From the NCBI GenBank assembly GCA_004431415.1, contig QPMI01000061.1, forward strand, positions 90,243 to 154,242: 64,000 bases of DNA, in the 5' to 3' direction. Positions 40,997 through 52,121 of the stretch are shown one piece after another. The notes under the pieces were generated by a model. That model ran no database searches and was not told the DNA's origin. It saw nothing but the letters and a program-made list of their open reading frames with translations. The position numbers and the translations under genes were made by a program. Positions within the stretch are counted from its first letter, which is position 1. Each line of letters starts with the position of its first letter. The DNA is from Cyanophora paradoxa CCMP329 (lineage: Eukaryota > Plantae > Glaucophyta).

Positions 40997-43900
40997 ATGG
41001 ACGCGCATTACAAGCTCTCCGCCGAGCTGCTGCCCAAGCATGAAATGGACGTGCGCACCACCCGGCGCCGAGCTCCTCGCTTCAGCCGCGGCCGGCGCCC
41101 CGCAGCATAGCCGCATAGGACATTCGAGGGGCTCCGCGAGCACAGCGTGGTCCTTCGCGCCCGGCGGCGCGTCGCTCACACGCGCCCTCAGGTTCGCAGC
41201 GTGTGCGCGCTGCTGAACGGCCAGGTGGCCACGGCGTCACGCGACCGCACAGTCAAGGTGTGGAGGCGCACTTGCGCGGGCGCGGGCGCCGCCGCGTGGG
41301 CCGCGATGCCGCGTACGAGCGCGGGCGGGCCGCTCATGGGCACGCGCAGGTCTGGGCGGTGGTGCCGGACGCGGAGGGGAAGGAGCGCGCCTGGACGGAG
41401 GTGGCCGTGCTCACGGGCCACGAGCACTTCGTCTCCTGCGTGGCGGAGGTGCCGCGCCCGGACGGCGGCCCAACCACGCTCGTCTCCGGCTCCCACGACA
41501 AGACGGCCATCGTGTGGGAGGGCGACCGCATCGCCCACGTGCTCACCGTGCGCGCCGCTGGGCGCGACCGCACGCCCGAACCGCGCGGCTGCGACCGCAT
41601 CTGACCGCTGCGCGGGGCCGGCGCGGCGCAGGGCCACGAGAACACGGTGTGCAGCATCAGCGCCGCCTCCACGGGCGTCATCGTCACGGGCTCCTGGGAC
41701 AAGTGCGCTGGCCGCGGGGGCGGCGCGCGGGGCGGGTGGCGCGGTTGACGGGGCGGGGCAGCACGGCGCGGGTGTGGGTGAACGGGCAGTGCAAGCACGT
41801 GCTGCGGGGCCACGAGGCCGCCGTCTGGGCCGTCCTCGCCCTCCCCGACGGCGACGTCATCACCGGTGAGGCGGCCCCGCCGGCCGCGCTCTCGAGGCGG
41901 CGGGGCAGGCTCGAGGCGGCGGGGCAGGCTCGGCGGACCGGACGATCCGGCACTGGCGGGACGGCAAGCAGGTCCACCTCTTCCGCGGCCACGAGGGCAA
42001 GCCCGCGCGCTGGCCGGCCCTGCCGGGAGCGCCGGGGCTGAGGCGGGGGCGGCAGACGTGGTGCGGAGCATCGCGGCGGTGCCCGGCCTCGGCTTCGTCT
42101 CCTGCGCCAACGACGGGCCCGCCCTCCCGCCCCTCTCCCCTCCAGCGGGGGCGCTGAGGGCGGGGCGGGCAGGACGGTGCGGCTGTGGGCGATGTCGGGG
42201 GACCTGCTGCAGACCATCCCCGCCCACGACTCCTTCGTCTACCAGGCCCGCCCCCCCGGCCGCCTGGGGCGCTGCCGCCGCCACGGGCCGCGGCGCTGAG
42301 GGCCGCGCAGGTGGCGGTGCTCGCGAACGGGCAGTACGCGACGGCCTCGGAGGACAAGTCCGTCAAGATCTGGCGCCGCGGTGCCACCTCCCCGCCCCGC
42401 CGCCCCCCGCCCTGCCCCCGCCTCCCTCTGACGGGGCGGGCGGGGCAGACGGGGAGTGCGTGCAGACAATCGCGCACCCCGGCGTGGTCTGGTCGGTGGC
42501 CCTGCGCGGCAACGGCGACCTCCTCACGGGTTCCTCCGACGGCGTCGCCCGCGTCTGGACGCGCGAGGCGGCGCGGGCGGCCGGCGAGGAGGCGCTCGCG
42601 CAGTACGACGCGCAGCTCGCCTCGCAGACGGTCTCCAAGAAGATGATCGGGGACATCGACCTCGCCAAGCTCCCCGGCCTGGACGCCCTCGCCACCCCCG
42701 GGCGGACCGACGGGGAGACGAAGATCGTGCGGAGCGGGGAGGGCGCCGAGGTGCACAAGTGGTCGAACGCGGAGGGCCGCTGGGTGAAGATCGGGGACGT
42801 GGTGGAGGGGGCGGGCGAGGGCCGCAAGAGCTACCTGGGGAAGGAGTACGACTTCGTGTTCGACGTGGACCTGGGGGACGGGGTGATGCGGAAGCTGCCG
42901 TACAACGCGGGGGAGAACCCCTACGCGGCCGCCCAGAAGTTCATCTCCGACAACGAGATCAGCCAGGAGTCCGCCCCGCGCCCCGCGCCCCGCGCCCTCC
43001 CCTTTCTGAGCCCTGCCGCGGCAGCTTCCTCGAGCAGATCGCGCGCTGGATCGAGCAGCAGGCGGGGCCCGTGACCCTGGGGCAGGGCACGCCGGGCGCC
43101 GGCAACGTGGACCCGTACACGGGGAACCAGCGCGAGTCGGTTCCCGGCCCGCCGCCCCGCATGGGCCGCGCCGCCGACCCCGGCCGCCGCAACTTCGACC
43201 CCTACACCGGCAACCAGCGCGAGTCCGACGGGCCGGCCTTCCCCGCCCCGGCGCCCCGCTCCTCCCCGCCCGCCCCCGCCGGTGCCCTTGCGCACCCCCT
43301 GCGCGCCCGGGCCCTCGCTGACGGCCGCGCTCGCAGGGGCGGCGCGGGGCCCGAGCCCCATGGAAGTCACGCCGACCGCGGGGCCGGCGGTCGAGCCCTC
43401 CCCCTACCGCCACTTCCCCCGGGCCCGCCCCCTCGCCCGCCCCCCCTCGCAGCGCCGCGCCCTCGAGCCTCGTCCCCGCGCAGACGGCGTACCTGCCGTT
43501 CGACACGGCCAACTTCGCCGGCATATCCAAGAAGGTGCGCCGCCTCCTTCTCTCGCGCTCCGCCCCTCGAGCGCGGGGGCGCAGCTGGCGGAGTTCAACG
43601 GAGCGCTGGCGGCGGACGCGGCGAGCGCGGGGCAGGCAATGGACGCCAAGGAGCAGGCCGCCCTGCAGCGCGTGCGCGCCCCGGCGGCCCCGGCCCCGCC
43701 CCTCCTCGCCCGAGCGGGGGCCGCCCGGCAGGTCGTGGAGACGCTGCAGCGGACGCAGTTCTACCACGCCACCTCCTTCCAGCCCTCCGACTACTACCTC
43801 GCCTCCAAGCTCCTCCGCTGGCCCGCCGACAAGCTCTTCCCCGGTGGCCCCCGGCCCGGCCCCGCCGCCCGCCCCCCGCTGAGCGGCGCCGCAGTGCTGG

Positions 43901-44646
43901 ACCTCTTCCGCATGTGGATCGTGCACCCGGCCGCCGCGCAGGCCTTCGCCACCGAGCCGACCCTCCAGCCCGCCCTCCAGATCGCCATCCAGGCCCGCCC
44001 GCCCGCCCGCCCGCCCGCCGGGCCCCGCGCCGGCCCCTCACGTGGCGCAGGCGGCGCTGACGAACGCGCCGGGGCCGAACCGGCTGCTGGCGCTGCGCGC
44101 GCTGAACAACCTCTTCGCGTGCGGGGCCATGCGCCGCCGCGCCCTCGCCCCCGACGGCCCCGTCCGCCCCGCCCCGCCCCGCCCCTCTCCCTCGCCCGAC
44201 GGGGCGGGCGGGGGCGGCAGACGGCGATCTCGGGGGTGCTGGACGAGCTGGCGGACCTGCAGCGCTCCGACAACGCCAACCTGCGCAACGCCTACGCGAC
44301 CCTCCTCGTCAAGTGCCCGCACCGCCCCTCGCCCGCCCCCGGCCCCCGCCTGAGCTCGCGGCGGCGGGGCAGCTACGCGGTGGGCCTGCGGGAGCAGGGG
44401 GCAGCGCCCGAGGCGACGGCGCAGGTGCTGAGCTCGCTCTCGGAGCTGGTGCAGGCGGACGCCGACGAGGAGGTGCTCTACCGCTCGCTCGTCGCCCTCG
44501 GCACCCTCGTCTACCGCAACCCCGCGGCCGCCCAGCTCGCCTCCGACCTCGGCCTCCCCGACGCCCTCGCCGCCCGCGCCCCCGCCCTCGCCGCCCCCCG
44601 CCTCGCCGAGGCCCTCGCCGAGATCCGCAAGGAGCTCAAGCTCTAG
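40997..44646 (+). CDS. PLAA: Phospholipase A2-activating protein / Doa1-Ufd3 (WD40 + PFU + PUL)
   Basis: WD repeats ATASRDRTVKVW, VSGSHDKT, VTGSWDK, GHEAAVWAV. PFU YLGKEYDFVFDVDL...KLPYNAGENPYAAAQKF. PUL LLRWPADKLFPVLDLFR...EVLYRSLVALGTL. Confidence 0.96.
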
Positions 44647-44699
44647 CCGCCAGTCGACTCCCTCTGAACTGTACACACGAGGAGACGCGACACCGCCGC

Positions 44700-45618
44700 C
44701 TAGAACTTGGCGCCGGGCTGCTGCGCGCCGGAGAAGAGCCCGGGCGCGGCCTGCTGGGGGGGCGCCTGCGCGAACGCCGCCGCGTCGTCGTCGACCTTGA
44801 CGACGAAGATGCCTGCGCGGCGCGCGCGAGCACGTCAGGGGGGCGGCGCGCCCGCCCCGCGGCCGCCGCCGCACCGAGGAGGCCCAGGGCGATGGCGATG
44901 GCGCCGACCAGGTAGCTGCGCGGCGAGAGGCGGTCAGCCTAGCAATTCACGGGCCGTCACCTCTCTTCCCGCCGCTCAGAACGCCCACGGCAGCCGACGC
45001 TCTATCCACGCGCCGCGAAAGAGAACCAAACCGCGGCGGTGCATGCCAGAGTCAGCGGCACAACGGACTCACCCCCAAGGCCGCAGGAGACCTGAAGAAA
45101 GAAAACAAACAAGCGCCGGGCGTCAGAGGCGGGATGGTCGTCGGCGGGATACGGCGGGCGCACCGAGTGCGAGGGAGCCGAAGAAGAGGATCGTCGCCGC
45201 GCGTCCGAAGGAGCGCTTAAGGAACGGGAGGTACTTCTGCGGTCGGATCGCGTCGGCATGGTCGGCGCGCCGCCCGATGGGGCGTACGAACCAGAGTCCA
45301 GTCTAGCTTCGAGAACTTGAGCTCGGAAACGAAGATGAGAATGCCCGCGGGAATGATATAAAGAGAGAGGATGAAGTCGAGGACCTAGGACGCGCGGGAC
45401 GTGAGCCGGGCGGGAGTTGGCGGGAGGTTGGCGTACATTGATGTTGGTCACGACGCTAAGGACCGAGAAGACGCCGAACACTGTCAAGCCGAGGCCAGTA
45501 ATCGCACAGGCGCCTGCGGACGGGCGGCCGTCGGGCGGGGATCCATGCGACAGCCTGCGGGCACGCGACTCGTCTGCTCACCCTGATATAGCTGTTTAAT
45601 TGCTCCCATTGCGGTCAT
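44700..45618 (-). CDS. COPI-associated Golgi membrane protein (TVP15-like)
   Basis: Spliced MTAMGAIKQLYQGACAITGLGLTVFGVFSVL...DFILSLYIIPAGILIFVSEL...KYLPFLKRSFGRAATILFFGSLAL...YLVGAIAIALGLLGIFV. Four TM segments and the YxxFLxxxxGR motif. Confidence 0.75.
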
Positions 45619-45804
45619 CTTTGCGGAAAGGCGGAGAAGCGCGTGGACTTCGCACGACTACCCGTGCCGGGATTCGTCCCCCCTCTGCTTGTCTTGTTGT
45701 TTTCGAACCAGGAGCTCCAGCGAGCTGCGTGAGATCCGTTCGGAATCACATCAGACCCTTCGATGCCTCGATCTTGACCTGCCCGGCGAGAGGCGCCAAA
45801 CTCG

Positions 45805-47753
45805 ATGGACCTCGCGAGCGCGGTCCTCGGCGCGCTGCGGGGCGTGGTAGAGCCGTCGTACGGCCCGCTGGGTGCGTTGCATGCCGCCCCGGCGTGCCGG
45901 CAGCTCTGAACGCGCGCTTGCGCAGGCCTCGACGCGATGCTGCTGTCGTGCGCGAACAAGGTCCTAGTCACGAACAGCGGCGCTCAGATCCTCGAAGCGC
46001 TCGAGATCCGTCACCCGTACGGGAAGGTCCGCCGCGGCTCCGCGGCCTGGCGCGTTCGGAGCGCTGAGCGCCGGCGGCAGGTGGCGCTGGACGCCGTGCG
46101 GGGCCAGGCGCGCGAGCACGGCGACGGCTCGACGGGCCTGCTGCTCATGGCAGCTGCCGCGGCCGAGCAGCTCTCGTCCGAGGCGGCGCGCACGGTGGAC
46201 CTCGGAGGGACCGCCCTGCAGCGCCGCCTGCGGGTCACGCACGCGCTCGGGAGGCTCCTCGGCGGCGAGCTCGCGGAGCACTTGGCGCCCGCTCTCCGCT
46301 CCCAGGCGCGCCGCCCGCCCGACGGCCCGCCCAGCGCCCCTCCGGCTGACGGGGGCAGGCGGGGGCGTGCGCGGGGCGGGGGAGGCGCGGGAGGCGGTGG
46401 CGAGGACGGCGCTGGCGGGAAAGATCGGCGAGCGGGCGGCGGACGTGCTCGCGCGGCTCCTGCTCGAGGCCGCCGGCCCCGGGGCCGCCCCGGGCTCCGT
46501 GCCCCCCGTCGTGGCGGCCCCCGGCGCCCCTGTCGAGGCCTCCCGCCTCCTCGACGGGTACGTCGTCGAGGGCCGCCTCACGGCGCCCGGCGGGCGGCCC
46601 CCGGAGGGACCCGTGCGAGTCGCCGTGTACTTGTGTCCCCTCTCGGCGGCGACGCGGCCCAAGGGCGCCGGCGGCTTCTCGGGCGCGGGGCGCGTGGTGG
46701 CGCGGACGCGGGCGCAGTACCAGGCGGCGCTCGGGTGGGCGCCGAGGGGGCGGCGGCGCGGCTGGAGGAGGCGGCGGGGGAGGCGGCGGGGGCGCTGGCG
46801 GAGGCGGGGGCCGGGGTGCTGGTGAGCACGGAGGAGGTGACGCCGGCGGAGCGGGACGCCCTCGCGCGGCGCGGCGTCGCCAGCGTCCAGTGCGCCGAGC
46901 GCGAGGACGCCATGGGCCTCGCCGCCGCCCTCGGCGCCCGCCCCGTCGCCCAGCCCGGCCCCGCCGCCGCCGCCGCCGCCGGCCTCGGCGCCCCGGCGCG
47001 GGTCCGGCAGGTCGCCCTGGGCCCCCGCCCGTGCGTCCTCTTCGAGGCCGGCGCGGGGCGGCCGGCCGCGCGGGCGCTGCTCGTGCGGGCGCCCACCGAG
47101 GGCCTCGCCCGCCAGTACGAGGGGGCCCTCCGCCGCGCCGCCCGCGCCGTCGCCTCGGCCACCGCCGGTGGGGCCGTCCCCGGGCCGGCGCCGCCGAGCT
47201 CGCCCTCCACTTCGCCTGCGAGGCCCGCGCCGCCGCCCTCGGCCGGGGCGCCGGAGGCCAGGAGCCCGACCCGCCCCTCGCCGCCGCCTGGCGCGTCGCC
47301 GCCGCCGCCGCCCTCGCCCCGCCCCGCGCCCTCTGGGCCGCCGCCGCCCCCGCTAGCGGCGCGCAGGCCCCGCGCTCGAGCTTCCCCCACGTGCTCCCCG
47401 TGCTGCGGGCGGCGCACGGGGCCGGCCGCACCGCCGTCGGCCTCGTCTCGCCGCTGCACGCCGCGTGGCCCGAGCGGATGGACTTGGAGGGGGCGGGGGC
47501 CTGCGGGCGCCCCGGGGCCCCTCCTCGTGGCCGACGCGGCGGCGGCCGGCGTGCTCGAGGCCCTCGAAGCCAAGTGCGCGCCTCGGGGCCCCGTGCCCCG
47601 CCCCCGCGCTGAGGCGCGCTGCGGGGCGCAGGCTGGGGGCGCTGGAGCGCGCGCTCGCCCTCGTGCACCAGCTCGCCCGCATCGAGTTCATCGTCCCCGC
47701 CCGCCGCCCGGGGCCCCGCGGCGCCCTCGCTCTCGGTGCCCCACCGCGCGCAC

Positions 47754-47789
<36 letters not shown>

Positions 47790-47932
47790 CCCCGCCCCCT
47801 CTCACCGGCCCCAGACCCGGGCGCCGTGCCGCGCAAGGGCGGCTGGCGGCGCGGCGGGGGCGGAGGCGGCGGCTCCCCCGCGGGCTCGGGCTCGGAGGAC
47901 GGCTCGGATTCGTCGTCGGGGACGGCACGTGA
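45805..47932 (+). CDS. Divergent group II chaperonin-like protein (BBS10/MKKS type); 3' end approximate
   Basis: LRGVVEPSYGPLGLDAML...VLVTNSGAQILEALEIRHPYGKVALDAVRGQAREHGDGSTG, SRLLDGYVVE, LLVRAPTEG, GVLEALEAK...ALALVHQLARIE. Too divergent to be a CCT subunit. Confidence 0.75.
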
Positions 47933-47974
47933 CTCGGGCCCGGAGAGGCGCCAGCGCGGCGCGGAGGAACAGGC

Positions 47975-50694
47975 TAGGGGCGGGGCGGGGGAAGTCGAGG
48001 ATCTCGAAGGGCTCGTCCTCCTCCATGAACGGGTTCCGCTTCGCGAACCTGCGCCCCCGCCGCCGGCCGTTACGCCCCGGCCCCGGCCCCGGCGCCGGCG
48101 CGGGGCGAGCGGGGCGGGGCGGCGCACCGGTCGTACACGATGCGCTTCACCTGCGGCGATGCGCGGCCGAGTCGGCGGCCGACGGGGCGCACGGCGCGGG
48201 GCGGCGGCGCACCTTGGCCATCGCCTCGGCGGTGTGCACCGTCTCCCGGAGGCCCAGCCGCCGCATCTCGTCCCGCAGCTGCCCCGGCCCTCGGACCCCG
48301 CGCTGCGCGGGGCGGGGCGGGGCGCCGGGGAGGGCGCACGTCCAGGGCCTTGTCGACGAGGCCGGATGTGGCGAACGCTGTTCGCGGCCCCCGATCGGAG
48401 GCGGCCCCGCGGCGGCAGCGGAGCGGTGGAGGTACCGCTTATGAGGATGTTGTAGGTGGACTCGTCGGGCTTGAGGCCGGCGGCGCACATCTCCTCCTTC
48501 GCCGCCTCCGCCTGCGCCCCCCGCCGCCCGGCCTTGGTCGCCACGCCCCGCGCGGGCCGCCCGGGGCCCCCTCACCAGCACGGGGTAGTTGCTCCGAACG
48601 TAGACGTTCATGAGGACGCTTCGCGGGGCGCGCGTCGGAGGGGGCCGCTGGGCGGGGGCGGGGCGGGCGGGGGGAGGGGCGGACTTGTAGAAGCGGACGT
48701 TGGGGGCGACGCCGCGGGCCTGCATCTCGCCCCGCACCGCCTCGATCTCCGCCAGGCGGCCCTCCCGCCCCAGCGCCGCCACCGCCACCGTGTACGTCAC
48801 CTGTGCGCGGGCCGCCCCGCCTCGAGGCCAGGCCAGCCGCCGGGCGGGGCGGGGCAGGCGGGGCGCACGATGTCGGGGGCGAGGCCGGCCGCCTCGATCT
48901 CGCCCTTCACGGCCAGCGCCTCCTCCACGCGCCCCGCCCGCGTCATCCGGTCGATCTGCGCCACGCATGCACCCCTCAGGCGCGCTCGGCCCGGGGCGCG
49001 GGCGCCGGCCCCGCGCACGAGCATGTTGTAGAGGGAGAGGGTGTGCGGCACGCCCCGCTCCCGCATCTCCGCCCTGCGCCCGGGGTGAGGCGAGAGCGGG
49101 TCGGGGCGAGCGGGGCGGGGAGGTGCGGGGGCACCGGAGGGCGGCGATGCGGTCGAAGTCGTCGGCGCGGGCGAGGGCGTTGACGAGGTGGGCGTAGGTC
49201 GTGGCCGAGGGGCCCTCCCCCGCGTCCCCCGTCTCCGCCGCCCTCCCCTCCATCTCCTCCTTCACCTGCCGCCCCCGCCGCGCTCGAGCCCCCGGCCCCC
49301 TGCCGCCCGCTGCGCGCCGGGGCACCTGGAAGGCGCGCTCGAGCTGGCCGCCGCGGCAGAGGGCGTCGATCAGCACGTTCCACGCCCGCTCGTCCCGCGC
49401 CATCCGCCTGCGCGCCCCGCCCCGCCGCTCAGGGGGGGGGGGAGGAGGGGAGGGGGCGGGGCGGGGCCCACTTGGCGTCCATCTCGCGGAGGACGGCCTG
49501 CGCCTCCGCCACGAGGCCCTTCCTCGCGTATCCCACCATCTGCGCCCCCCGCGCACCTCAGCCGCGGCCGCGTCCCCCGGCGGCGGGCCGCCCGCACGAT
49601 GCTGGTCTGCGGGGCGGGTGAGGCGGGGGGCGGGGGGCGGGGGGCGGGGCGGGCACGAGGTGCTTCTGGTTGAGGGGCAGGCCGAGGGCCTCCATCTCCT
49701 TGCGGGCCATCTCGATCATGTCCACCATCCCCAGCCGCCCGTACGCCGTCAGCAGCAGCGAGTACGTGTACCCGTCCGGCGTCAGCTCCGCCCCGCGCGC
49801 CGCGTTCCGGTCCCGCATCTCCTCCCAGAAGGTCAGCGCCCTGCCCCGCCCCGGCCCCCGGCTCGCCGCCCCGCCCCGAGCGCCGGCCGCCGGGGCGGGG
49901 CGGCGCGCGCACTCGGCCGGCTCGGAGCGCTTGAGGAGGGAGGAGAGGACGGAGTTGTAGAAGAGGATGGGCTGGGGGACGTCCATCGCGGCCAGCAGCT
50001 CCCGCGCCTCAGCGTCCATCCGCGCGTCGAAGAGCCCGCGGATCAGCAGGCCCCACGCTTGCGCTGCCCCCGCCCCCCGCCGTCACCCGCGCGACGCCTG
50101 CGTGCGCGTGCGGGGCGGGGCGAGATCGACGCCGCTCACCGTCGGGCTTCACCTCGCCCTCTCTCCGCATCTCGTTGAAGATCTCGAGCGCCCGCGCCGC
50201 CTTCTGGTTCCGCAGCAAGCTGGAGATGACGCGCGAGTAGCCGGCAATGTCCGAAGGCCGCGTGCGCTTCGTCGACTTGGCGGGGCTCGCCGGCCTCCCG
50301 CGCGGCGAACCCGCAGCTGCTACGACCAGGCTTGCGGCGCGCGGAGCTGCAGCCTCGAAGCACACCCTTCGCTGGCAGCTAGGAGCCTCGATCTGTACGC
50401 GATTTCCATGAAAGGATGTACGAGCTCCGCTCGCGCCCTGCGTTCCGGGCGTAGTTAGTCGCGCGCGCAAGCTGGCACTCAGCGTTTGATCTTTTCGACC
50501 GGCGCCGCCGGGACAGACAAACGGCGCCGATAGTACCAGGCTCTGCTAGGCTAATCCGCGCAACCGTCGAACTGCTCGCGCACCTGGAGGCATGGGCGTA
50601 CATCGCAGATTGCGCAAGGTGGCCGCCGCTGCGCGTGCGCTGCGCCCTGAACAACTTGTACTGGAACAGCCGCTAAAGCGAACGAGGCCTGCAT
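47975..50694 (-). CDS. Pentatricopeptide-repeat (PPR) protein, probably plastid-targeted; 3' end approximate
   Basis: Many PPR motifs: DIAGYSRVISSLLR, TPDGYTYSLLLTAYGRLG, ERAWNVLIDALCRGGQLERAFQV, PSATTYAHLVNAL, APDIVTYTVAVAALGREG, KPDESTYNILI. N-terminus MQASFALAAVPV...SFHG. Confidence 0.9.
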
Positions 50695-50786
50695 CGCGGC
50701 TGCTTGCCGGCTTTGCAGGGTGCGGCACTGTACCCCGCGCAGGACTATTCCCCGTCGACCCTCTCCTCCTGCTGCAGCTGACAGAG

Positions 50787-51724
50787 ATGGCTCCGACGCT
50801 TTCTCCAACTCTGTTGCTAACTATGTGGCGTGATGACAAGGTCCGTTGGAGTCTGCCGTCGTGTGTCCACCGCTCACCGCTGCGCAGCCGAACGCAGTGA
50901 TTCCGATCATCCACGTAGTTTCCTTCGCCTTCGCTGCAATGGGGTGCGCGGCAGCCGTTGCCGCCGCCTCCGCCTTTGAACTAGGCAACGCCTGCCGGAG
51001 CCCTCGAGCGCCCGGCCTAGAGCGCTACTTTTCGCCTTCTTCCAGTCGCTCCAAACACGCGCTTCTTCCGCCAACCACTCGCCCGCAGGCTCGGAGCACT
51101 GCCTATCGGCAATCAGGACCCCATCTACGAGGTCCCTGGCGAGACCGTCGGCATTCACTGGTTCGTTCTCATCTTCTGCATCGCCATCCACGTCATCACG
51201 GCCTACGGCTCGACGATGCGGCGCCGCGACGTCCTCCTCATCGCTCAAATCTACACGAGCATCGCCACCGCGCTTCTCGTCGCCTGCTCGCACATCATCA
51301 TTACGCGGACAGCGCGCTGCCGCTCCTGCCCCGTCACGGTAACGGGAACGCGCCCTCCTCTTGGTACCTTGAGGCTGACCCTGAAACAGGTATACCTGCC
51401 GAGCCAGGGTCTCTACAAGGCACGCCGCCCTTCGCTTTTCTTTTTCTCAGGCTCCGCTAACCTCTGGGAGCAGCAACAGCCCTGCCCGCCCTTCGAGTCC
51501 TCGTGCCGGAAGAGCGCGGGGACTTTCATGTTCGGCGCCCTCTTCATGATCCTCTGCCAGGTCCGCGCGCCCGGCTCTGGCGTGCGATTCGCGCGGCTGA
51601 CGTCGGGCTGCAGCTCGCGTCGATCATCACCATCGCGGACCGCCGGGAGACGATGCGCGGGGAGGCCCCCGTGCGCGCCAGCAGCGCCGGCTGGAACACG
51701 ATGAACGTGAAGACGCCCCTGTGA
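50787..51724 (+). CDS. Hypothetical four-TM membrane protein, spliced
   Basis: Exons VIPIIHVVSFAFAAMGCAAAVAAA, IHWFVLIFCIAIHVITAYG, VLLIAQIYTSIATALLVACSHII and GTFMFGALFMILCQLASIITI join through plausible introns to a stop at 51724. Confidence 0.65.
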
Positions 51725-52121
51725 TTCCTCCATTCCGTCCGAGTAGCGTATGTACCAAACCTTTGTACAAATCCGTATTTTCAGCACCGCGGCCGCCGCA
51801 GCGCTCTGCACCTGGCGCCCACACCGGCAACCATGCGGCCGCACCGTTTTGGGGAGAATTTGAAGCGAGCCCCTGCGTGTGCGCGCGGCGAGCACGACAG
51901 ATTCTCCGCACGCACTTCTCCCGCATGCAACAGCTCTAGCGCTAGCGCTAACGAATACATACGCCTCCCACACTGGCGCTTGCTGCCGGCGCCACCCCCC
52001 CTCTCGAGCCCCAACCTCGCAGCTGCCCCGAGCGCCAGCGTCGACGTCTCCTCATCTCAATAGATGCAGAGGGTGCCGGGGCAGCTGCTGGCGGGCGGGC
52101 GGGGCGGGGGCGGCGGGGCGG

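Noticed and set aside
47754-47788. Long poly-C runs (also about 56898-56927)
   Set aside because: They lie within C-rich intron 5' halves, and homopolymer length is unreliable, so there is no separate function to claim.
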